From Podarcis melisellensis (taxonomy: Eukaryota), in the NCBI GenBank assembly GCA_964234715.1, contig OZ174282.1: 64,000 nucleotides of DNA; one strand, 5' to 3'. This document shows positions 1 through 13,794 of the stretch, one piece after another. A program made the translations under genes and the position numbers. Position 1 is the stretch's first letter; every line of letters starts with the position of its first letter. The notes under the pieces were generated by a model that was given only the letters and a program-made list of their open reading frames with translations, was not told where the DNA came from and did no database searches.

Positions 1-384
1 TCTCTCCGAATAAGTTTGTTTCCTTTCTTCTTCTTTTTTGCTATTTCTAACCCTCTTCTTACATTCATCACTTAGGAGCATTATGTAGCTGCAGTTAGAG
101 CGGAGCCGGCGTCATAACAATCTGGCATGGGAGTCTGACAAAATGTCATCCCTCCTGAAGTTCTAAAGTGGCAAACATTTATCTTCAGCTGAGCAAAATG
201 CGATCATTTCCCCTGCTTGATTCCCAGCTGCTTATAGATATTTTAAATATAAATGACACATCTTGAATTCACTAAAAGTACAGCATCTTCCAGTATGTGC
301 TCCCAGCAAGATAGGAAAATAATCAGCAGCAGTAACACTAAGTAGTAATAGTAATAGATTACAAAGTGCTTGTTTAAAGGAGGA

Positions 385-411
385 CACACACACACACACA
401 CACACACACAC
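385..411. repeat. (AC)n microsatellite
   Basis: Direct reading. Confidence 0.95.
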
Positions 412-3400
412 GACATTCATTGTAGTTGAAATGCATGCCTTCCCATCCCATTCCCAAGAGGTAAATGCAATTTGTATGAATAAGGTCGCTCCCACTGTAA
501 GGAAATGTCTTTGCACATTTAAAAATTGTCCATTTCCTACGACTAAGCTAACATGGCAGGGTGCACATCATGGCTGTGCCTGCTCTCTGGGTTTCCCTTC
601 ACCCCCATTCGCAAAGATGACTCTGAAGAACCTCTGCAATGCTGATTGGGGAAACCACATTCCTTCTTATTCTTGGCTTGCTTACCATTATGAATTGTTT
701 GCATCCTGCATTGCGTTTTGTTGGTTGTTTCAAAATGTACTGCACCTGGAGCTCAAACAAATAAGTAAGCAAACTATGTAGGCTTGAAAAATTAAACATT
801 TGTAGTTTTAGAAATTAAACTACTTTGCATAAAGTTTTTTTCATGTGCACCCGGAATGTTCCGCTTGTCCCCTCTTGCCTTCCCTTCATCATCTGCTCCT
901 TGTTCCAAGCCCCACCATTGGCCATAATTAATCTGGCATGGATCTGATCCTCTGACATGACCTTTCTAATTATTTGTCTTACCTGGAAGATAAATGAAGC
1001 GATTACATAGGAGGATATTGTCCTATTAAAACACGTATGTCTCAAAACTAGCCATAATTTTCCCTTATGGTCAATTATGTTCTGCTAATAGACCATTAAA
1101 CCCCTCCTCATGCTAATGCTCTGTCTCATTTACATATAAGAAAAGGTGAAAAATGCAGGAAACAGATGATGAATCAATTGAAGGTGCTGATATACAATGA
1201 CATTTCTGGGACATCTGGAATGTCTGGCTCTTGAAGTGGATGAAAACACAGAGACACAATAGTGTGGCTTTAATGTGGGTTATGTGGCTGCACACTGTAA
1301 CTTTAAAATGTAGGTGTAATACCATATTTTCTGTACAAGATTAAAGCCTTTCTCTTTGACCAGTCACTGAGTGGTTTGTGATGGGTTATCATGGTCCAGA
1401 TATAGATTATCATGGCCATATATAGTAGGTCCCCCCCCGTTGCCCCACACAGTCAGGGAAATTTGGTTGTCCACTACACCTGTGGTGACATCCCCCTCCC
1501 CGCAAGACAAACAGTAATAGCTTCATTAACTACACTTTGTGTTGGGAAACCTTGGACCTTCAAATGCTGGCCACTGAACATAATCCTTAGGGCTGATGGG
1601 AGTTGTAGTTTATTGGCACATGGAAGGCCAAAGGTTTTCTATACCTGAACTGCACCTACAGTATTGGCAATTAGATGCCTGCTTAAATCTCCTCTGTTTG
1701 GTCAGGCTTCCTTGAGAGGTGATCAATGTAAGAGTGATCTACTACGTTGCCTAATTGAGCTGATCTATTGATCTGCGCTTTATTTTGTACTTGTATTATG
1801 AATGAAATTTTATTGCTGATTTTATCCTGTTCACTGCCATGATATTTCCCCCTTCACATTGGCAGTATGGACACCTGTGCAAATAACTACATTGCAAATT
1901 GATTGTAAAATGATCATATGCAGCAATATTGCAGCATTGCTTTCCTTCTGTGGACAAAGAAATGTGTGTGCGATTGGGGGTGTGTGATTCAGAGCCCCTG
2001 CTCCTTAACATGGGCAACATTACTCTGGCTTCAAGTTGATGAGACGCTTCCTCTGCTGCTCAGCATTTGGTACGGTGAGACCCCACATCAACTAATCCTC
2101 CAAGCCAACGACCAATGGGAGATGATTGGCAAGACACCCCCTCCCTCACCCAAGAGTGCCTTGTGGAGGGGGAGTATTCCTTCTGATAATGGGGGTGATT
2201 TGGCATCATGACTAGTAGCCACTGGTAGCACAATGGCCCATGATGCAAATGATATGTACAATAATATCATCTCTGATTTTTTTCCCCCAAGGTCTGCCTT
2301 GTTTGTAGCACTACCATGTGCATGCAATAGCACATGTCTGCTGCATGCATCAGCAGTGAGGAGGCTAGTCCACACCCCCCATGCAACAACACCCCCATAC
2401 ATTCTTTCAATGCTGGTGGGGGGGGGGTCATCTGCCCCCACTTACCCTAGAGAGGTAATGTTAATTGGAATGCTACTGCTGTTGAATTTCAGATCTCTGT
2501 CTGCTGTAAATGCTTGTTTGATTTTATTCCTCAATAAGTTCACACATCAGAAGTCTTTAGAATATTACACAGCTGCACTTTATATTTAATTGATGTCTGT
2601 TCTTTTCAGTTTAGATATAGCAACATCTGGCGTGCTTTTTTTTATCCACTAGTAAAATCTCCCAAGGGTACCAAAACCTGCTTGACAAAATACCTTAGTG
2701 ATGAATTCTGCTTTAATAAATGTGCATTCCGGAGATGATTCATGGATTATATGATTCCATTCAATTATTTTTCAAACAGCTCGTGCTTCATTTCATCAAG
2801 GATTTCAATCAACACTGACTGATTAATCACCATACCACTAGTAGCCTTTTTGTTTAATAAACACTCATAATGAGCATGTTCAGTCTTGGCATATATAAAT
2901 GTCACTGATATAAAACTGAAAATCTATTAAAAATGAGAGAGTGGTCACAAGGGGTGTTTTATAGCTGCCCTTGAGCTGTGAGTTTTGCCAATTTAAGCTC
3001 TAGTGGTAGATTGTAGTAGAGAGGGGGGAAGATTCAGAGGACAAAATTTCAAGAAAAACTTCCATTTGGGGGATAAAAAATTGAATTTATAGCCAGCCTT
3101 TCAAATTTCATGATTCATAAATATCTGCATAACATGCCCAATTTATGGATGAATTAGGATTTAAGGATCAGGGGGTGTAGTGACAAAAGCAAAATACTGG
3201 GGAGTTAGCAATGAAAGAGATGGTTGCTGTGGATTTTTGTCCCATTAAAAGTTGAACATGGGTTGGAAAGGATGTATTAGTGACTGCAGAGCTGAGTTGA
3301 AATTTCTCATAATTCTGAGAAAATTTCTGAGAATTTCCTTTGTCAAGCCTCCCCAAAAGATGGACACCTGCTGAATATTCTCCAAATATTCGCCACCATT

Positions 3401-5946
3401 TTGTGCATGCATTTCCCCAGAACAACCTAGAATAATGTTATGATCTGGGCATTGTGGGGAATGAACAGAAAGAAAGAAGCTGTGCCACTATTGAGAATGA
3501 TCGGAAGATATTGGTAAACTGGTCTCTCCCGCACCATCACATTTTAATGATTGCCCTTTCTATGGTTTTAGCTTGTTCTGTTTTAGCTGTGTAAGCCATC
3601 TCGAGTCCCAGACTAAAGAAAAGGCAGGATATAAATAATAAATAATATAGAGGAGGAGGAGGAGAAAGAACGAGAAAGAGGAGAACCCAAAATTGCTCAG
3701 AGCCACCCTTCCCTAGGTAATATACATGTGTGGTATGGTGATGGCAAAAAGCTTGTCATCAAGCAAAGTTCAGTAGCATCTTCTGTCAGTGTTAGAGCAA
3801 GATCAGCTAGTAAGAATTGAACTTCAGATGCTGAAAACTGTAGTATGAATGGAATAATAATCAATAATGTGATTGTGCTTTATCAGCCCACAGAAGGAAG
3901 GTTAAAAATCTCCACCTTTCTTTCTTTTTTTTACCCAAGCAACTAATTTTCACTTTCAGCTTAAATGTCAATTTATCACTTGGAGGCATTGCTAAATTAT
4001 GTAAGCAAGGGCAATAAAGAGAATGTTGTAAGTAGCTTGGAGATAGTTGTATAGCATCATTTCATGTTAGCTGCCATTACCTTTCCACTAAAAAGGCTAT
4101 ACGTTTTCTCCTTTAGTAACTCTTTTGTGACCAAATCAATAGAAAAACCGACTCCCTGTAATTCCTCAGACCAAGTTTAATGCACGCCTGAGTGCTTGTA
4201 GAGCCTGTAGAGCCTTTTATAAATAATTAACACACTTACCTCCTGGTATGCTGGAGATCTATCTATCATGATTGGTATTTGACAGTTCAAGGCTGCATTG
4301 AAAGGCTGGAGCATTTCATATATCACATGACTGCAGAATGCTGCTACCTATAAATGGTGACATAATCGGATAGGAAAGTGCAACTCTGAAAAGTATTTGT
4401 GTGTAGGAGCTAACCTTGGGTTCTCACCATGGAGTGGCTGGTTAACTTATGCTGAACTCTGACAGCTGCTTTGCTCATCCATTCCTCTATGCATGCTATG
4501 TTTTTGTTTTGTTGAATTACGTGTTCTAGCAGTTAGCTACTAGTTCACCTTGCCAGTTTTGGTCTATAAAGCTATAAAGCCCTTTACATCTTGGGACCAG
4601 GATACCCTAAAAGGTTGCTGCAATATACCCAATCACCTATTGTGCTCTGCAGGCGAGGGCCTTCTGCAGATACCATCTCCTTGAATATCAGACAGGAAAC
4701 ATCTCTGTTGCCTTTTTAGTACCAGCTTTGACTGACCACAGTCAGCATGGTCAATGGGAGTTGTAGTCCGACAATGTCTGAAAGGCCACAGGTTACTTAT
4801 TCCTACTCTAAACTCCGGCTTGTTGCTAACTCTCCCAGTGCACTGAAGAATAAAATATCTAAATAGGTAAAGTATGTAATTTCCTGCCACAGAAGGTGGA
4901 AACTCTCATAGGAAGTGACTCAACAGATGCAGTCCATTTCCTGAATAATTGTACGGGGAAGGGGAGATGGCAACCCCCATGTATCATGCTTTTTTTGTTC
5001 TGTACAAGGCTTCCAAGGGTAGAGTGAAGCGGAATCCTATGTGTTCCACACACACTCCCATGATCCAAAGTGGTCCACTCAACACAACTCCATAACCTTG
5101 TTCAGCTTCATGGATAGACTAGATCTCAGATACTTTGAGCAAAGTGCCCAACTCTCCTGTAAAGATTTTGGAGCACATAAATTAACAATAACTGGGAACT
5201 TACCCACTTTTCTGAACATACCAACAAGAGTATGTTTGTATTTCACCTCGTTACATTACCTTCTTTGGCTTACTTTTATATCCAGCTGCACTTTTTAAGG
5301 CCAGGGGCATTTAATGAACAGTTCTTTTGCACTTCCCACTGTGCCAAATTCAATGGATATGCGTAAAGATCGGGGGGGAGAACAACAGCCATCGGTTTAC
5401 CAGAAAAACATTATAGGGAATAAGGGAACGATTCCATAAACAGCAATTGTCATACCAAACCCAGTGCACACTTTGATGTTCCCATTATGACAGCAATTAA
5501 GCATATGGAGAGTTTAGTTTTCATCATTGGCTCAGAATGAGAGAGCAGATTCAATCTAAACGTGTAATAAGAGTAAAATTGGTCAGAGACGTAACCCTAT
5601 AATATGCTCAGAAATTAGATGTTGTCGGCTGTTAGGTTTTGGCCGGCTTTGCCATTGAACGGATGCCATTCAGAGATGCTGGCAGAGATCCTTACTGACC
5701 AGTACACTGGCTCAGTGGAAAACATTCAGTCCCTCAGATTTATATAACTGAGAGAAATAAATATGCCCACATTTTGCTTTCCTATTCAAATTCCTTCTCA
5801 GAAGGGGAAAACATGAAAACAGGGCAAATAGCAGGTTTATAATCTCCAGATGACTGGAGAAATTCCACGCAAAATGTTGACACTGCACGCAGAGTTACGG
5901 CATAATATTTCACTACAAATATGTGGGTATTCACCTTTGTTGGTGA

Positions 5947-6110
5947 AATATAAGAACATAGGAATAGCCCTGCTGGTGGCAATCACTGCCTCCTGTGGCA
6001 GCATTCCATAGTTTTAACTATGTACTATGTAGCTAAGAACTTTCTTTTCTCTGTCCTAAATCTTCCAACATTCAGCTTCATTGGATGTCCCCCAGTTAAT
6101 GTGTTATGGG
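5947..6110 (-). mobile_element. Old CR1-like 3' fragment
   Basis: ataagaacataggaatagccctgctgg tail, plus ctgtcctaaatcttccaacattcagcttcattggatg. Confidence 0.55.
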
Positions 6111-6359
6111 ATTCTCCACCCCTGTTGTATTTGAAAAGGAGTCTTCTGTTTGCAGGGGTGGCCAGTTCAAGCCCAGTCTAGAGATAAAGAACCATCAACA
6201 AAAGACAGTAGAAATTGCAAGTAGGAAGGGATTGAGGGCAGTGGGGTAGGGCATGGGCTAGGCATTAAAATGAAGAGCAGCAGGATGAATTTCTGGAAAC
6301 TTGCATTTTGAATTCTACCCTATAATGTGTTACAATGTTGCTATGCATGAACTGTTCAC

Positions 6360-6437
6360 TGCATGACCAATTTTATATCTAGAAAATCTAATGATGGAAA
6401 GGTGATTAGATTTTCTAGATATAAAATTGGTCATGCA
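6360..6437. repeat. Perfect 33-bp inverted repeat with 12-nt spacer
   Basis: tgcatgaccaattttatatctagaaaatctaat (6360-6392) is the exact reverse complement of 6405-6437. Confidence 0.97.
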
Positions 6438-9294
6438 AATCTAAGGTCCGCTGCCTCTCGGATGCTGCATTTTTCACTGACGAAACATTGTATAAATCTA
6501 AGGCCTTATTGCCTTTTGGAGGCAGCGTTTTTCAAACAATAAAACATCACAGTGTGAAATTCAAAATACAGCTTTCTTGGTCACACTTTTGCTTGGATTC
6601 ATGAACATAAAAACTAATTGACTGCACTAACTCCCCTTCTTGAAATAAATAGTGTTTGAAAAAGGCAATCCTTAAATGAATGGGAATTTCCTTCCACCAA
6701 CTGTTTTTTAAGACAAACAAGGGTGGCTCTCCTAAAAACTAGTGTGAGGAAGCAAAGGAAAGACAGAGGCCATGATTTGGGAATCAAAGGTTAATCAACA
6801 TTTTAGAGGACCTTAATATACTGTTGCCAAAAGCTTGAGGGAATGGGGAGCAGGGGCTACAGCGTTCAGTTAATCCGTTTGCAGAAAGTTTGCATGGATG
6901 CCATACAATGTCTGCTCAGTATTGAGCATGCATTTTGGTTTGTTTGCACAAAGTTTGCATTGTGGTACTACAGTGTCGTCTCTTTATTGATCATGCATCC
7001 TCATTTGTTTGCATAAGGCTTCTGTGGAGGTTATACAATGTACACTCTTTATTCATCCTGATTTCTTTGTGTATATATGACTTTTCATCAATCAATTGTT
7101 TCCCCACACTTTCTAGCACATTGTACCATTAATTTTCTTACTGCAAAAGTCCTTTTTTTAAAAAAAAAGAAGAAGGGTTTTTCTTTTCTTTTGCAAGAGT
7201 GCTGTTTTAATTGCAGAAACCTAAATTGGTTTGTATGCAGTTGAATTGCTCCTGCAAAATAGTGACAGTCTGGAAATGACTAGGTCATTTTAATTTGTTT
7301 ATATAAAACATTTATTTATCATTCTTCTTCCCACAGTGTGCAATCCATTGATATTCATTAATACAATTAAATGAAAGAAGAAGTAAAACCCTTCAAAATA
7401 TTTTCATTAAAAATAATAAGATGAAGCCATAATGATTTAAAATGCCTGTGTGGGTTGAAATGTTTTATCCTGGTGGTGAAAAAATTGCAGTGTGGGCATC
7501 AGGCCAACCTTTTCTTTGAAAATGTTTCATACTCCAAAAGGTGAATAATTCTTCTCCCTTGAGTACCTTTGATTAAGACAGTCTCCAAAAAGAGCCTCAG
7601 CAGAAGATCTTAAAGCACAGACTAGCTGGTATAGGAAGAGGGACTCCTTGCTGTGCCTCAAACCATTGGGGCTTTGGAGGTCTGCACCATCACCTTGAAT
7701 TGGACATGGAAGTAAAAAGGCTTCCAATGAAGTTCTTTAGAAATTAGCATTATCCACATACGTCTAGCAGTTGCAGCCCTGGTCTGCACCAACTAAAGCT
7801 TCTGCATTGTCTTCATGGGCAGCCCCTTGAAGCTTGTAAAAGTACTTAAGGCCACCAAAATCTCTAGCGACATAGCTGGATGTAAGATTCTAAGAGTACC
7901 TCCAAGCTGTGTACCTACGCTGTCATGGACCATACAACTGTGCCCAAGCCACTTTCGTGGTCCATAGAACCATCTACCAACAGTGCCTCCATCTTATCAG
8001 GACTCGCTTTCAATTTATTGGTCCCCCTCCTGCCCATTACTACATTCAGGCACCAGTTCAGCACCTTCATACCCTCATCTTACCCATCAGTTGAAGAACA
8101 TTCAGTGAATCCTATAGGACTCCCCCCCCCCCCCAATTGATATAGGTATCATGGAGGTGAAGCAAAAATTCATAGTACTGCTTTCAGGTGCTGCCTCTAC
8201 AGGTAGGGGAGGAATTGCAATATAATTATGTCCCCACAATCACATCCCCACAGAAGAATATCATGGCTGAGGATAACAAAAACCCTGGCAAGATTGAAGA
8301 GGAAAATAGGCCATCCATCAGGGCAAATATCGCAGTTTCTTTGCCAAAATGTCAGTGCTAGGAGCTGGATTGAAATGGTCAAGATAATCCATTACACCCA
8401 AGAAAGCCTGAAGATGATATTTTTGGGGAGCACTTGCAACCCACTGAAGTCATCCCCAAAGAGAAGAAACCTTGCTCTGAGTTTCTCTGTTTGATACAGA
8501 TAGCGGTATTGAATAAAACAGGTCATGTAGGGAAAGCAGATTTTATTATCATAATTCCATTTCCTTAATTCCACTGCTATAAACATGCTCAGCAACTTCA
8601 ATAACCAAGAGCAGATTGTGTCAGAGAACATCTACGGAGGAGGATCCCATAAAAATGTGCTTTGGGCTAAAACAGAAAATGAGTGTAATCAACTCTAAGG
8701 CTGACAAACACTGGCATAGCCTTAGAATCACAGGTTCAATGGATACCTTTTTATGATGGCCGTTCCAAAATATATAAATCCAAGGCCTATTGCCTTTCAG
8801 AGGTGGCATTTTTCAATCATTGCCACTGAAGTATTGCATGTAAAGATGGGGGGAGGGGGCTAACAGCAGCACAACATTCTTGATATTTCTCAACATTCTT
8901 CAGCCTCGCTTTTGGGTACAGTAGTGATACATGGATTCTCTGGCCTGACACCAAATTTCTTCAATTATCTCAATTACTCATTAGCTGATTCTATGCCTTG
9001 CCATTTGTCGCCTTCCCACACGAACAGAAAATCGGTCTGCTCAAATCACATCTCTCTGCTAGTTATGTTAGATAGCAGCAGTGACTGTGCTTTATTATAC
9101 CAATAGCCATTGAAGCGACAGTGAGGGAAACTGGGGGGGAAAGGAAGGAAATGCCCCAGAGCTTCATTAGATGTCCAGGTAATATAGTTGGTTGATGTGA
9201 CCAGAACAGGAAGCAGGGATTTTAATAAAAAGCCAGCTTGCCTTCATTTTCATTAAATTAACAGAGCAAACACAAATATGCTAATTAATATTAA

Positions 9295-9580
9295 TATTTT
9301 TATAAGTTACCCATCCTTCACCAGCAGGTGCCAGGACAGGTTATAACAAAATAAAATTCAGAATTAAAAACAGTAAAGACAAATTACAGCGTCAGGAGTG
9401 AAAGCTGTAAAGTGAAGTTGCTAGGTGTGCCTCTGAAGGGAAGGAATTCCACAACTTAGGGGCTGCCACAGAGAATGCCCTCTTCTGGGCTGCCACCCTC
9501 CCTTAGCTTCTGATGATGGTAGAGCTATTGCATAGGGGAAGGAGGGCTTTGTTGACCTTAACACCTGAGAGCACCTGTAT
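9295..9580 (-). mobile_element. Old L2 3' end
   Basis: aggaattccacaacttaggggctgccacagagaatgccct is the reverse complement of the L2 RAFSVAAP-LWN region, followed by an L2-like 3' UTR. Confidence 0.6.
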
Positions 9581-10600
9581 CTTTTGCTTCAGCTAGTTTA
9601 CCTGTTTCTCTGTTTGGCCCTTAGGATTGTCCACAGCCCATTCCTCCTCCATGGACCAGACCATACTATGGCCCTGGTCCACATCCCTATTGAGTTCTTT
9701 TGCCAGGCTGGAACGTGTCCTTGAACACATTTATGTGATTAAATAAACTCTCCTTAATTCACACGTTTAAAAGTCTGTTGGAGATTTATGCTGGTGGGAT
9801 TTAGTGTTAAAAATTCTTTCAGAATTCTGGACATTTTCAATGCACAGCTTAAGTTTCCTAAAATAACCACCATCATTTCACATTGAGATACATCATGGTA
9901 TTTCATTATTGAAATGAATGAATGTTTTAAAAAGGTATGTCTTGGCATGACACAAAAGTGCCACCTTTTTGAGTTCACCCCAGGGCGGGGGAATTGATCC
10001 ATAAATATCTCCTCCTTCTGGATCAATCAGATCCTCATAGCCTCCTGCTCACTCCATGCTGCAAAGCTTCATAGCCTCTGCACATGCTGAGATTCACTTT
10101 CTTCTTTTTATTACTTGCTAGGGCCCAAGAAGTTGAGCATTACTTCCGATATGTGAGAAGCCTATGAGATACATCACCATTCAAGCACAAGCATGCCCTC
10201 ATCTGCCTGTGCAGAGCAATGATTCAGTGGTGGGGGCTTAGTTATGCAAACAGATTATGTGGCCGTGTATTCTACTTAACAGAGGATAGTCCTTGTTTGA
10301 ATCTGAAAGTGTCTTCTGTTTGAGGGCTATTCCAATCCAGGTCTGGTGTAAAGCTTAGAAGTCATAAGAAACGAAAGCAGGAGTCTTGAAGTCTCCCATC
10401 AACAGTTAGAAATACCTGATCATCAGAGTGAGCAAGCACACATGCTCCCTGATGCTTTCCCTACTATGGTGAGAAGCACTGCATTTCTATTACTTCTGAA
10501 TTTTGTGTCTATACATAGGAATTATTTCCTATGTCCTCTTTGACTTTCTTTTATTTCTTTCTTTTTGGCAAAGGGGTGTTGTCAAAGTTCTACACAGAGT

Positions 10601-10875
10601 TGTTGTTGTTTAGTCGTTTAGTCGTGCCCGACTCTTTGTGACCCCATGGACCAGAGCACTCCAGGCACTCCTGTCTTCCACTGCCTCCCGCAGTTTGGTC
10701 AAACTCATGCTGGTAGCTTCGAGAACACTATCCAACCATCTCGTCCTCTGTCATCCCCTTCTCCTTGTGCCCTCCATCTTTCCCAACATCAGGGTCTTTT
10801 CCAGTGAGTCTTCTCTTCTCATGAGGTGGCCAAAATACTGGAGCCTCAGCTTCACGATCTGTCCTTCCAGTGAGC
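10601..10875 (-). mobile_element. BovB (RTE-clade) LINE 3' end
   Basis: (CAA)n tail and tagtcgtgcccgactctttgtgaccccatggac...tatccaaccatctcgtcctctg...catgaggtggccaaaatactggag typical of BovB; 12-bp TSD TCTACACAGAGT at 10589-10600 and 10876-10887. Confidence 0.93.
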
Positions 10876-11335
10876 TCTACACAGAGTAGATTCATTGAAA
10901 TTAAGAAACTTGACTAACTTAGGTTCATTCATTTCAGTGGGTTGACTCTGAGTAGGACTGAGATAAAATCTCTCTCTCAATGCACAAGTGACAGAGAAGG
11001 GGAAATTTGCCAGGTGCACATTTTTTGCTGTAATCATTTTTATTAAGGTTTTCAGTACTGCAATACAATATATAAAAAAGAGAAACCGATACAAAATAAG
11101 ACAAAAGCAACAAATAAATAATGGGCAGGGGGTTACATACATGTACCTGATGCAATTGACTCATCTGGAAAATACATATTTAATCAAATAGAATGAGAGA
11201 ATTGAAAATGTGAAGAAGGAAGTTAGAAATAAATAAAGAAATGTTGCTTATCTAGTTATGGCAAAACAATTCTCTACAGTTTTAAAGTAAACCCTTTGTT
11301 CTTTTTCAAATGGTGGCCTTTCCTCCATCACTATA

Positions 11336-11577
11336 CAGTGGTACCTCGGGTTACAGATGCTTTAGGTTACAGACACTTCAGGTTACAGACTCCGCTAACC
11401 CAGAAATAGTACCTCGGGTTAAGAACTTTGCTTCAGGATGAGAACAGAAATTGGGCGGTGGTGGTGCGGCGCTAGTGGGAGGCTCCATTAGCTGAAGTGG
11501 TACCTCAGGTTAAGAACAGTTTCAGGTTAAGAACGGACCTCCAGAACAAATTAAGTTCTTAACCCGAAGTATCACTG
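11336..11577. mobile_element. Tc1/mariner (Tigger/pogo-like) MITE
   Basis: TIRs CAGTGGTACCTCGGGTTA / TAACCCGAAGTATCACTG flanked by TA on both sides; internal repeats of the TIR motif. Confidence 0.88.
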
Positions 11578-12220
11578 TACAGCACTAGTTAAAATTTCAT
11601 TAACTTTTCCCTGTGACTGAAAAAAAATAAATAAGGTTGTGACCACTTTCCTTCAGACTTCTTACAACCCTTCAGTTCTCAATCCTTGTAAATAACTGTT
11701 GATTAATTCATTTATAAGTGGGTGAGTAAGCAGCAGACAATAGTTTTCCTTAAACTCAAAAACCAAATAGGATTGTTGGAGCACTTAAAAAACCATTTAA
11801 GTGCTCCTCAGACTTTTCATCATTTAGGCCTATTTCTAAACACATGTAAAGGTCTTTAAGTTATAAGAAGGCAGCATTGTTGTGCTTACAGGTTTATACT
11901 TAGCTTAATGGCCACAAACTTTTTTTCCATATGGGATTAGTGAATAACAGCACTCTAGTAATAGAAAGCAACCTTAACTCTTCAGCTGGCAGCTAATTTT
12001 TCAGAGACATGTTTGGAATTGAGGATGGCTAAAGGCCTAGCAATATTAGCTTCACACGTTGACTTTCTCACACAAAGACAAATGGATATTTAATCCTTTA
12101 ATATATACAGTATATATAGCTACAGAGTCTCTCATAGAGGTCTCTCAGTTGTACTCCTCTAACAGCTTTTAGCTCAGGGATGAAGGAACTTTTCTTGTCT
12201 GAGGGCTACATTACACTGGA

Positions 12221-12463
12221 TAGGGTTGCCATATTTCAAAAAGTGAAAATCCAGACACAAGAGCTTTTTTGGGCAGGTGTGTGTGTGCAAAAACTCTTTA
12301 AAAATTTAAGATTTTTAAGGGAAATCGCCAAAAATGACACTGCCAACAAGGGTTGCCATATGTACGGGTTTTCCCAGACGTTTAAGCAATTTCTGCCTGG
12401 ACACAGTTTCCAACGACTGATTGCAGGCTATGGCCTGGCAGTTCCAGATGTATGGCAACCCTA
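12221..12463. mobile_element. hAT-type MITE (TAGGGTTGCCA termini)
   Basis: TIRs TAGGGTTGCCATA / TATGGCAACCCTA; 8-bp flanks ACACTGGA / GCAGTGGA (6/8 match); extra internal TIR copy near 12349. Confidence 0.8.
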
Positions 12464-13068
12464 GCAGTGGACAACCTTCTGTGGTTCAGATGGCAGTGAT
12501 GGTGGGTGGGGCTAGAGCCTGCAATTCAAGCCAGGCAAAAAGTATTTGAGAGTGTGGAGGGAGCTGTAGCCTAGGGAGAGGGGAAAGGAATGGAAAGATA
12601 GCAGGAGCTGGAGGGCTGCTGCTTGTCTGCAGGTTGGAGGTTCTCCTCCAGTGACCTAGCCTAGTCCGTTGTTACATGAAGACATGGAGGGGAGGTATCA
12701 GTCTTGGGAGCCAAGAATCATAAGGTGTTTGATATATGTGTGGAGAGTTCTTAAGAGACCCCTCTCCTCCTTTCCCCATAGTTATAATTCAGAGTTCCCT
12801 GGGAAGAGGGATGGATTGTTAAACCACTCTGAGAATTGTAGCCCCCTTTTTGAGGAGAAGAGGGGTCTCCTAACCACGCTCAGAATTCTTAACTAACTGC
12901 AACTACCAGAATTCGGGGAAAGCCATGGTCGTTTAAAGTGGTATGATGATGCTTTACATTTATAGTGCAGATGGGGCCTACAGAGTCTAATAAATAAATA
13001 TCCTATCTGACCTATCTCACAATGTAAGTTATTACCTACTCATTTCACCAGGTACAATTGCAAACACA

Positions 13069-13190
13069 GGGTGGTATTCAACTATATTTACTCATTGTAA
13101 GTAGACCCACTGAAATTAATGAACATAACTAAGTTAGGGCTGTTAATTTCCTTGGTCTCTTCTGAGTAAAACATAGGTGAACACCACCCA
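13069..13190. mobile_element. ~120-bp hairpin MITE (dispersed family)
   Basis: gggtggtattcaacta...taggtgaacaccaccc inverted ends; relatives at ~16128-16252, 49674-49792 and 10573-10965 (the last split by BovB). Confidence 0.6.
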
Positions 13191-13794
13191 TATATCTAAC
13201 AATAAGATGGGGGGAGAGCTTGGGTGCATGCCACCTCAATTTCTCCAGTTTATTCTCTCACATGTTTGTTCAAACTCCTGAAAAAGGTTGTTCTTTTGAG
13301 CAGATTTACATGCATGGCTCTTCAATTATAAAGACAGAAACCAGTTTTCCCCTCCCCCATCTCACTTTGGGTAAGTTTAGAACTTCTCAGCTGGCCATTA
13401 AACTGATGCAAGTTGAAAGGTTGCCATTTCATGTGTGACTGCCTCTACTGTGGGGATTTCCCAAAATGCATTTTTGCACTTGCAGTGTTGTCAGGAACTA
13501 TGCTTTCAGCAGTTCTGAGAAGATAAAAAAGTAATAAGAGCCACACACATTTTCTAACTCAGTTGCCACCAGGGCCATCAGAACATTCCCTAACCAGCAC
13601 CCACATGGAGTATACAAATAAGGAGTGCAATTTTTGAAAGTACTATCTGCAAATCTTGCAGTAAATAAAACTTCAGTTGGCAGCCAGAAAGCAAAAGGAT
13701 CCTTCTTTACATGCATCCTTGTGTGCTGCTGCAATAATCCATCTACCAATTCAACTCTTCAGGTAGTTAAACGAATGTTAGAGATCTCAAAGCC

